NCBI GenBank assembly: GCA_964304625.1
Contig: OZ199840.1
Coordinates: 8,005,744 to 8,069,743 of the forward strand
Reading direction: 5' to 3'
Length of the DNA: 64,000 nucleotides
From: Kudoa neothunni
Taxonomy: Eukaryota; Animalia; Cnidaria
Made by a program: the position numbers and the translations under genes. Numbering within the stretch: position 1 is the stretch's first letter; every line of letters starts with the position of its first letter. Shown one piece after another: positions 42,801-55,440 of this stretch. A model generated the notes under the pieces. It saw only the letters and a program-made list of their open reading frames with translations. It searched no databases and was not told the origin of the DNA.

Positions 42801-45800
42801 AGCTAACTGGAGTTGATGATGAACTAACAGTTGATGAAGAAATTGGTGTTGATGAACTGATTGGTGTTGAGGATGAAATCGCTGTCGATGAACTTATTGG
42901 TGTTGATGAAGAAATTGCTGTCGATGAACTGACTGGAGTTGATGATGAAATCGCTGTCGATGAACTTATTGGTGTTGATGAAGAAATTGCTGTCGATGAA
43001 CTGACTGGAGTTGAGGATGAACTAACAGTTGAAGAGCTGATTGGTGTTGATGATGAACTAGCAGTTGATGAAGAAATTGGTGTTGAGGATGAACTAGCTG
43101 TCGATGAACTTATTGGTGTAGATGATGAACTAGCAGTTGATGAAGAAATTGCTGTTGATGAGCTAACTGGAGTTGAGGATGAACTAACAGTTGATGAACT
43201 GACTGGAGTTGAGGATGAACTAACAGTTGATGAACTGATTGGTGTTGATGATGAACTAGCAGTTGATGAACTTATTGGTGTTGATGAAGAAATTGCTGTC
43301 GATGAACTGACTGGAGTTGATGATGAACTAACAGTTGATGAACTGATTGGTGTCGATGAACTTATTGGTGTAGATGATGAACTAGCAGTTGATGAAGAAA
43401 TTGGTGTTGATGAGCTAACTGGAGTTGATGATGAACTAACAGTTGATGAAGAAATTGGTGTTGATGAACTGATTGGTGTTGAGGATGAAATCGCTGTCGA
43501 TGAACTTATTGGTGTTGATGATGAACTAACAGTTGAAGAGCTGATTGGTGTTGATGATGAACTAACAGTTGATGAACTGATTGGTGTCGATGAACTTATT
43601 GGTGTAGATGATGAACTAGCAGTTGATGAAGAAATTGGTGTTGATGAACTGACTGGAGTTGATGAAGAAATTGGTGTTGATGAACTGACTGGAGTTGATG
43701 AAGAAATTGGTGTTGATGAACTGACTGGAGTTGATGAAGAAATTGGTGTTGATGAACTGACTGGAGTTGATGATGAAATTGCTGTTGATGAGCTAACTGG
43801 AGTTGAGGATGAACTAACAGTTGATGAACTGACTGGAGTTGAGGATGAACTAACAGTTGAAGAGCTGATTGGTGTTGATGATGAACTAGCAGTTGATGAA
43901 GAAATTGGAGTTGAGGATGAACTAACAGTTGATGAACTGATTGGTGTTGATGATGAACTAACAGTTGATGAAGAAATTGGTGTTGATGAACTGACTGGAG
44001 TTGATGATGAAATTGCTGTTGATGAGCTAACTGGAGTTGAGGATGAACTAACAGTTGATGAACTGATTGGAGTTGAGGATGAACTAACAGTTGATGAACT
44101 GATTGGTGTCGATGAACTTATTGGTGTAGATGATGAACTAGCAGTTGATGAAGAAATTGGTGTTGATGAACTGACTGGAGTTGATGATGAAATTGCTGTT
44201 GATGAGCTAACTGGAGTTGAGGATGAACTAACAGTTGATGAACTGATTGGAGTTGAGGATGAACTAACAGTTGATGAACTGATTGGTGTTGATGATGAAC
44301 TAACAGTTGATGAAGAAATTGCTGTTGATGAGCTAACTGGAGTTGAGGATGAACTAACAGTTGATGAACTGATTGGAGTTGAGGATGAACTAACAGTTGA
44401 TGAACTGATTGGTGTTGATGATGAACTAACAGTTGATGAAGAAATTGGTGTTGATGAACTGACTGGAGTTGATGATGAAATTGCTGTTGATGAGCTAACT
44501 GGAGTTGAGGATGAACTAACAGTTGATGAACTGATTGGAGTTGAGGATGAACTAACAGTTGATGAACTGACTGGAGTTGAGGATGAACTAACAGTTGATG
44601 AACTGATTGGTGTTGATGATGAACTAACAGTTGATGAAGAAATTGCTGTTGATGAGCTAACTGGAGTTGAGGATGAACTAGCTGTTGATGAACTGACTGG
44701 TGTTGATGATGAACTAGCTGTCGATGAGCTGATTGGTGTTGAAGAAACAGCCGTTGATGAGCTGACTGGAGTTGAGGATGAACTGATTGGTGTTGAAGAG
44801 GAAGTAATTGATGAAGATGAAACAACTGTCGAAGAACTAACTATTGTCGATGATGTTATAGTAACACTACTTGTGTTGCATGTTATAAGAAGTGTATAAA
44901 CACTCATTAATAACAGAAATGTTCGTAAACCTAAACAATATTATTTTGGTTTAATTTATTATGACGTAAAGTTTATTAAATATTATGTAGATTCATTATT
45001 TAAATCATTATTTTCGTGTGTAAATATCTCTATTGATAAAACTATATTCGTACATCGATCGATCTTAATTTTACGATGGACTGGCATTTTCTATTTTAGC
45101 TTGATCCCAAACAGCCTGAAATCGGACCCTTATATAATTTGTTGGGATCTTAATTTTACAGCTGTTAGCATACAACTGTTTTTACATATACAATTTTTAT
45201 GCTTTAGATTACTTATTAACCCTCCTGCTACTGGGTGCGTGACCATAACGTGGAAACCTATGGGGTCATCTTTAACCCCAGATAAAAAGAATTTTAAAAG
45301 CTTAAAATATTTATTAAATTAACTCAAAACATCTTCTGACGTAATGTCACGCTATACATAGGTAAATTGGATTCGAATTTTTAGTTTTTGATGCTAATCG
45401 TTAGCATGTCCAAGTAGGTCAGCTACCTCCAATTTAATTATTCAGTGGGTAACCGGTTTCACGTACTTCTTCCGGGATCAGGAAAAATATGCGTGAAATT
45501 GGCCGCACCCGCTTCTACATACACTTAATGCGCACGCGCATTTGCGGAGATTTTATTTTTTATTGCTGTCTATTCATTCAAAAAAAATTTTATTATTCGA
45601 TAATGGAAGATAAATATAATACGATTAAACGAAAAATCAAATAAACTATGTTCGAAAAAAACATTTCGTAATTTTAGTTTGTTTCATATTGTTTGAGAGA
45701 ATCTTAAATATCGACTCTTCTGTCGCATTCAAATTAATATTTTGATTATTATCATGCGCCTAAAAAGTGATTTTAATTCCTTCAAATATTCCAAAGCCTT

Positions 45801-48053
45801 TTTTGCAGGTAATAATTTTGTTGTTGGGGAGTTCTTCCACATCGTGTGTCCCATCCGTGTCAAATTGTTCTGCATCATCAGCGTTACAATCTTAAAAAAT
45901 AGAATTAAAATTAAATTATCAAATATCTCACTCTTGTTTAGTATTTGATCATTATAGTCGGAAAATTCAAAATCATTATATTTAAGGGTTACGTATGATT
46001 CCTCTTCTTTTATCATTTCAGTTATTACATTCGTGATCAAATCATCAGCAACTTTTTCATCATCTTCGACCAATAAATTATCCTGAGTTGAGACAGATCT
46101 TAACGAATAAAATCCTGCTTTTATGAAACAATTTGTGATTGTATTTTTAGAAACGCTCTCCTAGGCAGTTTTAATTACTCCCATTGCTTCTAAAACGTTT
46201 GAAGGACTTAGCTCTATTTCCATTTTAGCACAATAAATGAATCGTGCTATCATCGACTTTTCGTAGCATGATTTAGAGGAATGGATGACGCCCTGATCTA
46301 GCGACTGCAAAACATTAGTGGTGTTTTGGGGGAAAAATATTAATTTTACGTTAGAAAAATCTTTTTGAAAATGGGAGGTCGCGTTGTCTAAAAATAGTAA
46401 AACCTTTTTGTCTTGTTTAATAAAGTCGTCATTAATTTTCGAAATGTATCTCAAGAAAATATCTCGAGTCATCCAAGCTTTTTTGTTTGATTTGAATAAA
46501 AGCGGTAATTTCTTAATATTCTTGAAACAACGTGATTTTTTATTCGGTCCGATTAACAAAGGATCTAGCTTTTCTCCACTTAACGAAGCTCCCAATAAAA
46601 CAGTCAAACGTTTTTTTTTTGATTTTGTAGTCCCCCTCATATTGTTCTCGGATGAATGAACACAAATGCTACCTTAAAAACCCATACAAAATAAATTGAG
46701 AAGTATTTACCACGCTGTTGTTGATATAGCAAACCCGTCTCATCATTGTTGTAAATGCAATCCTCTAAATACCCATCACAAAGCGCTCCAATTTTACACA
46801 TCCATTCTACTGTAGTTTTGGGATCAACGTCGCTAGATTCGCCGTGATAATTAATTTTTTTAATATTATATCTTGTTTTAAAGCAACGAAACCATGCATG
46901 CATTGCAGTTTATCGCAAATTTTTACGATTAGTAAACTTATTTCTTTTATCTATGATATTCGCGGCGCTTAATTCGATCTTTTTGCTTCTTGTGTGACAG
47001 ATCCAGTCGTACACCTCTTGATCGATATCATTATTTTACCCATTATTCAAATATTTTCTATTTTTAGAAAGTAGACCTCCTTCATAAATTTTCACAACGC
47101 TTTTTCTCATTTTAAAAATTCCTTTGAGAGTCGCAATTGAGGATAATTTAAAACGTTTGGTGGTAGGGGCTTTCGCATTTTTGGCAATAAATTATCATAT
47201 TATTTAATTTTATTATATTTTTCTGTTAAAATTCGAATTAGCAGTGCTTTTCTGGCCATTAAAATAAAAAACAACAAACTCAGCTCAAAAAAAGTGTGTG
47301 AAACCTGTCAATCACGTGACATTTGTGTACGTTATTTTACAACTTTATTTTTCAGTAAAAATTGATAAAATTGTGTATAAAAAATTATTATTGAATCAAT
47401 ATTTCATCTCTTAGTCAAAATAAGTAGCTTTTAAAAAGTGCGTGAAACCGGTTACCTACTGTATTCTTAACGCCCAAATCCATGATAGATTAATGTGAGT
47501 CACAAAAACAAATATACTCTCCGAATTAATCAATCAACAATTAAAATAAGCTTAAATGAAGTAGGAACATGACCTCGCACAGGCGGCCTATGTGACAAGC
47601 ATCTTGGTTATCTTTCGGAAAACTCAAAATGTATTTAATGCATTTGGATCGTCTCATTGCTTTTAAAAATACTGCATTGAGACGGCATTGAAAATTCATT
47701 TTTCATTATCATGTCGAATTATAAAAATATTTGAGATAATATGAAAAATATAGATATTTTGTTAAGACGTTGGAAGGGGTTATTATTGTTATAAGCAGTA
47801 TGCGGTTGGATATATTTTTGATTATACTTCATCGTTTATTTTTTTCAGACTTTTCAGTTAAAATATATAAGAAAATATAGCCGATTATATTAAGTTAACT
47901 GTAAGACTCACCACTTGGTAGGAATCGTGTGTATTAAAATTGCCCAATTAAATCAACCTCTCGTTTTTTACAGTGTACCGAAAATTCTCCACCCATCAGA
48001 TTTTACATTAATAATAATAAATTTACATGAGATAACTTACTTTTACTTGGCAT
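36863..48053 (-). CDS. Giant single-pass transmembrane mucin-like protein: signal peptide, ~2000-aa Ser/Thr repeat, EGF-like, SEA-like regions, Ca-binding EGF, TM, short tail; first and last exons tentative
   Basis: 6054-bp exon 44930-38877 with a hydrophobic leader LRTFLLLMSVYTLLITC; putative 13-bp first exon ATGCCAAGTAAAA|gtaagt at 48053-48041 in matching phase; CPPNPACSTNTGLCSC; SEA-like segment with GGSTIL; DVNECEVENVCDDNAICINTFGKYICECAPNFVGNGTYC; TM IATTFVGSLLITLLIGIIIVTI. Confidence 0.82.
39010..44800 (-). repeat. Coding 18-bp tandem repeat (hexapeptide SSST-[P/A/V]-[I/V/S]) with higher-order duplications
   Basis: Units such as gttgatgaactgattggt; a rare ccgact variant recurs at 39761 and 41615. 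Confidence 0.97.
45443..47461 (-). mobile_element. pogo/Tigger transposon with frameshifted transposase, in the putative first intron of the mucin gene
   Basis: 26-bp TIRs cagt(g/a)ggtaaccggtttcacg(t/c)actt; TA on the right side; WFRCFKTRYNI..HGES, YNNDETGL, KKRLTVLLGASLSGEKL, KAWMT, LFLDNATSH, LQSLDQGVI. Confidence 0.93.
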
Positions 48054-48956
48054 GGTGTGGTGTGGTGTGGGAAAATAAATTTACCGCAATTAGAATAACG
48101 TGGGCTTCTAATCCTTGGTCCCTGGGAAATGAAAACATTAGTTACGATATTTTTTTCTTGAAGAAGCAAAATCATCTTTATAGGAAATTTTTAGATTCTA
48201 ATTTTTTAAAAATCAGAATCTCACCGGAATTTGAGTTGATGATTATGTATAAGCTATCCGATATCGTTGTATGTATTATTCGAGATCATATCGTTTAGTA
48301 ATAAGCAAATATTATTTCTAAAAGACATATTAATATAGAAACATTAAGAAAATTACGTTTCACTAACACAGAAGAAATGTTAATTTGACTGTGCACAGAT
48401 TAATTGTCGTTAATCTCACTACAGCTTAACCAGAAATGAAACTGCACTTTTTGAGTAATATAAATAAAACCATTAAAATCTAATTCCATAACTTAAAAGA
48501 ATCAATAAAAACGGATACAATAATACTTTTTTGTTGAAAAATAAAGCAAAAAAATAATTCTCCCCCATACAAAATGTGGCATAGCTATTTTTTTAAATGC
48601 TTAAATCGAATAAAAATTTGTTCAATTCAAAATACATAGTTTCATCTAGGTAGTCCTATATGCATTAATTGGTGAGATCAGAATTCTTGAAGTTAAAAGA
48701 AAAATTTCTCACGTGAGGTCACAAATGACCCCATTTTGGACTGGGAAGGATAATGGATGAATGACTATACTTTTTCATAATCAAAATTACTTATAAAATT
48801 TATAAAATGATTTTTATTTGGTTCTTACTAATTTTATACATTAGAATATGGGAAGCCGATAGTTCATAGATCCCTCGTTCGAATGTGGCTGATGGTAATA
48901 TTGAATTTTTCTCGTTTAAAATATTTACTCATATAACAGCATGTTATGCTATAGGT

Positions 48957-49030
48957 CAGTGGTCGAAACCTGTGGCCCGCGAGACGCATGTGGCTCTTTA
49001 AGGTCATGGGTGCGGCTCCCCGCCGTATGT
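48957..49030. mobile_element. hAT (Charlie-like) terminal fragment
   Basis: cagtggtcgaaacctgtggcccgcgagacgcatgtggctc, similar to the hAT end at 59098. Confidence 0.45.
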
Positions 49031-49076
49031 AAATATAAATTACAATATCTAAGGTTGAACGCGAAGAAATTATATA

Positions 49077-50030
49077 CAGTAGTGCAGGGATATTGCGTAG
49101 CAGGGGTACTACGCACTTTATGATATTATGACAATATTTCCTAATATAAATACCCAATTTTGTTATTTATCATAATAAACACTTAAAAATGTCTAATCAA
49201 GCAAAATTATTATTAAATATACGGTCTAGTGAAAGAGAAAATTTGGCTGCATGCTTACTGCGCACTAAAAATCCCCCAGCTAAATCCAACGACATGGTTA
49301 GTACGCAGTTAAGAAATTTTAGAAAATATCGATATTTAGATCATTAAGTTAAAATAATAAAATATTATGATGAAATTAAAAAATTCATTGGTTCAATAGC
49401 CAAACCTGTTGAGAAACTTGAATTAAAATCGGTATCCTCCTTAAAATGCACATTATTAAAAAAGAACAGTATTCTGAAAGATTGTAACATTGGCACCTAG
49501 AATAAAGCAGGGTAACCTCAAGAAAAGATAATTTCAACATTTTAGATTCTTAGGTTGATGAGTGAATTGAGCTAATGAGATCTCGTAATATCGAACTCGC
49601 TCAGGACGATATAATTAAAAAAATCTACGTTTATTCATGTGAAATTAAGAACACAATTTCTAAAGTTGCTGGAGGTTGGTTTCAAGGATTTTCTTCAAGA
49701 GTTGGACTATAAATAACAAATTCATAGACTAATCCAAGATTGTTGTTCTTGAATTAGTTTCCTCTTGGAGTGATCAACTGTTAAAATTGATCGAAAACTA
49801 TGATCCGAAAGATATTTTTGATTTGGATAAAACTGGACTATTTTACCAGAAAAGAAAAGCTAAAGGATCATTTAAATTTACATCTCAATGTGAAATTTAA
49901 TGTATGATTAAGCATTTAAGATGAACGAAAATTTGGGGGGGGGGGGGGGGGGTTCTAAAAAATCCAGTGAGAGAATAAAAATTGCTGCGATCTATTCGAT
50001 GCCAGAAAAAGACTCTCATTACTAACTAGC
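49077..50030 (+). mobile_element. Decayed pogo/Tigger copy, same family as 5850-7492
   Basis: Collinear inverted homology with 6570-7490; remnants VAGGWFQGF, DLDKTGLFY, GSKKSSERIK. Confidence 0.75.
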
Positions 50031-52257
50031 GCTAATGCCAGCTTTGCCTGGCACTATATGATAGAAAATTTTAACTTTTAAATTTATATTTGAATGGAGA
50101 AATTTTACGGAAGAGTTAATCTAATCAGCACTTAAAACCCTGTAAATTTTATTTTTCTATTTTAATTTATGCATTTTAAAGCTTGTCATTATTTTTGCAA
50201 TTTGACGATTTAGATAAACGAAATTATGCGCACACTTTCTATTCGAATATAAATAGAAGTATAGAGGGAAATTAATTATTAATTTTAAGTTTATTTTACA
50301 AATTATTGAACAAAACTATGATGACCTTAATTTTAAGAAAAATGTAATTAACGATTAAAGTACAGTTATTTACTAAACAAAATCATTAAGTAACTTAAAT
50401 AGGACTTTCAGTTCTTTTCAACATTTTGCGATAAAAATTAGTCCTTCTAGTTATAAAATTCATTATTAGTCTACAAACGATAAAAAAATAAAATCGATCC
50501 AAGATGCATCAGAAATAAAAATATTTATTGTTACTCCTTTTTTTCAATTTTATAAAGGATGTTACTGAGGTTTTAATAAGCTGTGAGTGGTAACTTACAT
50601 ATTCATTATTGTAACAAAATTCCACCATTTATAAATAAATCCAACCTTGCTTTTTATCAAGAATACTTACTGGTTCAAAAATATACTCATTTAATTAATA
50701 AAATACGATTAAATCAAAAATGTAATGGTGTTTTTGGTTTGAAAAATTACAGTAATGCTTAAACATCAACTGGTTTTCTTGAAGGAATGCATCCCTTTAA
50801 AAATAAACGTACTGTTTGATTGCCCTAAAAAAATTTCTTTGTATTGAACTATTCTTAGATTAACGAAAACTTTGTGAAAATTTCGATTAGATCAAATAGA
50901 CCAATAATTTCTTATTAACTTACATGACACGTGTTGAGAGGGGGCTGTATTTTGTGCAAAAGTAATCTAGAATATAAATTCTTAAATTGCATATAGAATG
51001 CGGTGCCGCATATTCTCATGCTGCTTTTATATCATAATGATTTATTTCTAGCGAAAAGAAAATTATACATTTATTTGAATACTAACCTTGAGGACTAGGG
51101 ATAAGGAATAATTAGGTTATTAAGAACTTAAACTTTATTTAAAAAAATTATCAAATATAGAAACTTGTCGAATTAGTCACTCCAGCTGTTTTGCAAGAAA
51201 GTTTAGGAAAACCAAAAAATAAGTAAAAACTTATCGTAACGACGAATATAGTTTCAATCTCAATCGATATATTTGATAAAAAGTAATTTTCACATCTGAG
51301 GAATTCCAATGGAGCATAATTTTTATTTAAGACGTTATCACAAAAATTTAATAATTTGAAAACTCTACAAACACCCTACATCGTTCTTAGAATGCGTATA
51401 GAGACCAAGATTATTCCAACATGGCAACAACCTGTAATCTCAAATTATGTGTTTTATTTAAAATGATCATAATCTATTTTGCTTAACTATATCCATAACG
51501 CTTGAAAAATGAAAATACAAAGCAATAAAATATTTGGAGTTAATATAAAAAATTTAAAGCCATACCATTAAAAATTATGTTGTTATATTCATATTAATTT
51601 TAAATAGTAACCTATTCATGAGATTACAAATTATGGAACTATATGAAAATGGAACTGTAAATATTAAACAACTGAACAAACGATGAATCCGACGAAAAAT
51701 CTGCGAACAGATTACTTGAATAAGGTCGAGTATTTCGGAGTTGTTCCTCATAGGAAATTATTTTTAAACGTAATGAAATTATGAAGAAACTTATGTAGAA
51801 TGTCTATGATGTTAGCTATGGTTGTTTTTAAGGTTTTAAAGAACAGTTTAATCTGCGTGGGTTAAACTTTTACAGTGACCAAACATCGTTGGTGAATGTA
51901 CGCCTAAAAATAACTCTGAAAATTTATAAACTCGAGACGAGGTTGAAATTTAACTAAGACAAATCATGATTCAATTTTGTTGCAATTTTCTATACAGGAA
52001 ATATTAAAAGTAGAGAATGAAATCTTTTTGGTTGAACAGGACGATTTTCAACCGCTTAAAACATTATTGACGTATCACTTAAAAAATATTACATATCGAA
52101 ACAAAGACGATGAAAAATATAACTAAATTTTCCACTTATCTAAGAAACATTAGTACATCCTTTTTAGAACCAGTGATTAATAAATATCTAAATCACAAAA
52201 ACCATTTAAATGTCTCAAATGTACAAAGGGAGTTAAAACAAAAAATGGTTCTATTTA

Positions 52258-53645
52258 TAGGGTTTTTCGAGTTTTAATGACATCATGTCAAGCTTTAGTG
52301 CACAAGGTATTTAAGATGGCTATATAATTAGGTAAAAAAATACGAAAATATTACTTTAAATTTCGAATGAACAAAAAATAATAATTTGGGGAATTTTAAA
52401 AAGATATTCCAGCGCTATCGTATAATTTATACTTATTCTAGAATAATTTCTCGGTTCAAACATCTGCTGATTTATCGAAGCATTTTTCGATAATAACTTG
52501 AGCAGTCGTTGGTGGTAATAACTTTGAAACCATCATCTATTGAGTTCAAAAGATCGCGTTTGTTTCTCGCTTGTCCTCTCACAATATGGTTTTTTCATTT
52601 ACTGAAAACATTTTCAATTGGATTCATGAAGGGTGAATAGGGAGGTAGATACATCAACGTTAGTTGTAACGTTGCTAAAATTTCGCTAAGTCCCCGATAA
52701 TGATGTATCCTTGCATTATCGAGTATGAAGCATGGATCTTCAATTTCCAAAGATCGGCACAAATCTGCCAACGCAATAAGGAACTCTTTAAAATCTTTGC
52801 CATTTACTGGTCTCCGATTTATGTTATATAGCACGATGCCATCCATATTAATTCATCGCTGCTATGGCGGATATGTTTCTTGACTCTACGACTTTTACGT
52901 TTACATACGCTGATGCACCAGCAAGCGAACGACCCTGCCTTGTACGTGACGATACATTAAAATCAACTTCGTCAATAAAAACAAAGTTGTTGCCTTCAAC
53001 CTCAAGCAGTTTTGAATTGAACTGTTGGGCGTACACAAAACTTTTTTCCACTGTATCGCAAGAGTTTCTTCGTTCAGGAACAATGATGAGCATTTTTAAA
53101 GAATAATGGAATTCTTTAAGGCATCTATTTATTGTGCTAACGCTGACACTCACGCCACATTCGTCTAATAATTTTTGACGAAGAGTCAAGGGTAATGGTG
53201 GCGTCCTCATCCACCCAACTTCTAATACGCAACTTTTGATCTTCATTGAGTTTTGAAGAAAAGTCGCCACCCCTTTTTAATGACTTTTCTTTCCCATCAA
53301 GAGGATACAATTTTACAATTGAAGCAACAGTTTGTCGCTTAATTCCAACATTTTCAGCGATGACGGCGTTGCTGTAACCCAATTCGCACTGATTAGCAAT
53401 CATTTTCCTATCTCGGTCACTTATTGTTTGTCTCTTAAATTTGGTCTAAGTTGTCATTTGAGAATCGTCGCGATTATTTGTTTTCAAAGTTTATAAATAT
53501 TAAACTAACATGTAATGCTAAATTTTTACCGCTCACCTTATTATTTTTATTCGATTAATTTATGGTATGAACTTAATTATAAGCTAAAATCACACAGGTG
53601 TCACTAATATTTGACATGATGTCACTAAAGCGAAGGAAAACTCTA
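52258..53645 (-). mobile_element. Tc1/IS630-type DD34E transposon with frameshifted transposase
   Basis: ~45-bp imperfect TIRs (..gacatcatgtcaa..) with TA flanks; HTH N-terminus; FVFIDEVDFN; ILDNARIHH followed 34 residues later by E in LPPYSPFMNPIE. Confidence 0.9.
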
Positions 53646-54061
53646 TATTTCTAAAAGTACACTTAAAACTTAGAAGAAGATTTGTATAACATATACATGG
53701 AGTGCAACAAACAAGTTAAATTAATAGATGTTCTCTAAAGTAAATTATTACAATAATAATCAAAAAAAATAATTGAATTTTGAATATACGCGTGCGTTCC
53801 AAAGGCGCGTATTACCCATCATTGCTGGCTAATCCGCTCTTTTCCTCTGGTCCCGAAGGGATTACGCATTACCCGTCACCCACGTTAGTAAAATGGAAGT
53901 TCTAAACTGAAAATTGTAAAGACGCGAGAAATTTTATCTTATTTGAACCAAAAAATGTATAAACAACTCTAGTTTCAAACGGGTAAATGTTTAGATAAAC
54001 ATATCTTATGATATTTCGAATGTTGGAATTTCCAGAGAATTCAAAGGATAGATATATTTAA

Positions 54062-54176
54062 CCCTTTCGTTCCTGTTGTTCACCTTAGTGGACAGATTAA
54101 AAAATACTAAATTTGTTGTTCAATTATTTATTTTAAAAAATTATTGAAGCAACAGGAAAATTTGGGAATGGAAGGG
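54062..54176. mobile_element. piggyBac-type MITE
   Basis: TTAA|ccctttcgttcc ... ggaatggaaggg|TTAA; related to 29091-29254. Confidence 0.75.
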
Positions 54177-55440
54177 TTAAACCCGACCAATTAGTAAATT
54201 AATGAACGAAGAAATACGGTCATCTACGGTATAGCTCAAACTTCAACGCCGAGGAAAATAAGGAAATAATTCAAAGATTGACCGAACGTTGTAGAATTAA
54301 GCTGAAATCAATAGTATAGTAAAATATAGTATAGTATAGTATAGGCTAATCGATGCAACTGATTCTTATTCTATTTTCAGATTATTTAAAAATATTCGGC
54401 TCATACATTTATGTACTTTTTTTTAAAATATATCAAACTATTAGGATACATTGCCGAATTGTTAAAAAAACCCAGAATATAAATAATTAACGTACCGAGA
54501 TCACATTTTCGTTGACCAATAGCTGTTTCCGAAAAAAAAAATGAATCGATAGGATTAAAATTTAAATTCGTGTTATATTGAATTTTACGAATCACAACGT
54601 TTTTTGTGGGAAATTTTTGTGTAGATTTTTGAGGTTAAAAAATTATTAATTAATAATTATCCAATTAATCATTCACTGATAAAATACTAATATATTCCTA
54701 TTTCTGAGTTATAGATAATACCTCGATATTGGATTTATCGATTAGATATTAAATATTGTATCCAGGATTTTGTTTGTTTTAGATTTGATACTTGATCAGA
54801 AAATCGAAGATTTTTTTTAATTATTTCAATTTTTTGAGCAATGTTCGGAAATTCAGTATTTGAAAACGATCGCTATTGCTTTCGCTAATGTTGGCATCTT
54901 TCCCATTATAATTATAATGTAAACTAAAGCTTAGAATTTATTTTAGCACGCAAGCGCTATGCTATCCCTGAAGAATTGTTTGCGCTACAGAAGGCCTTTT
55001 CCGTAGGCCGATTCAGCTATAATTAGTTTATTAGCACATTCATTCTTTCATAAGTCAATTTCCAGAATAATAAAATCGACTTGAAATTAATTTTATGATA
55101 TAATTTGATTTCGGGGTTTTGTCTATTGCGTTTTATCAATTTTGGATGAGTCATTACTGATTAGCTTATGCGTAATGTGCGGAAGCATTAGAAATTGTGA
55201 TGAAACAATTGATTTGATTATTCATGTGTAAAAAATGTGAGATGTATATAATAAGTATATCAGAAAGAGATGTGGGATTGTGTTTGTCGTCTACCAAACA
55301 TAGTCTCAACCCACAAATGATCGTATTTGCTAATCGTTGAGAGAGGATTAACCCAAGTGATATACATTCGGAGTGGATAAATTGTATAAGAAATCAATTC
55401 GCCTAGCAGCAGCTGTAATATTCGTGTAAGCAGTGCGAGA

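Noticed and set aside
39010-44800. CRISPR-like or satellite array
   Set aside because: No unique spacers, no cas genes, eukaryotic context; the repeat keeps one reading frame inside a spliced gene
44118-44825. His/Gln-rich 235-aa ORF
   Set aside because: Alternative-frame read of the same repeat
38864-44899. 2011-aa acidic plus-strand ORF (VDELIG repeats)
   Set aside because: Shadow of the mucin exon. In this register a stop needs a minus-strand codon starting TA or CA (Tyr/His/Gln) after a pyrimidine, which an S/T/P/I/V/A repeat lacks, so the frame is open by necessity. Splice sites, signal peptide and EGF/TM exons are all on the minus strand.
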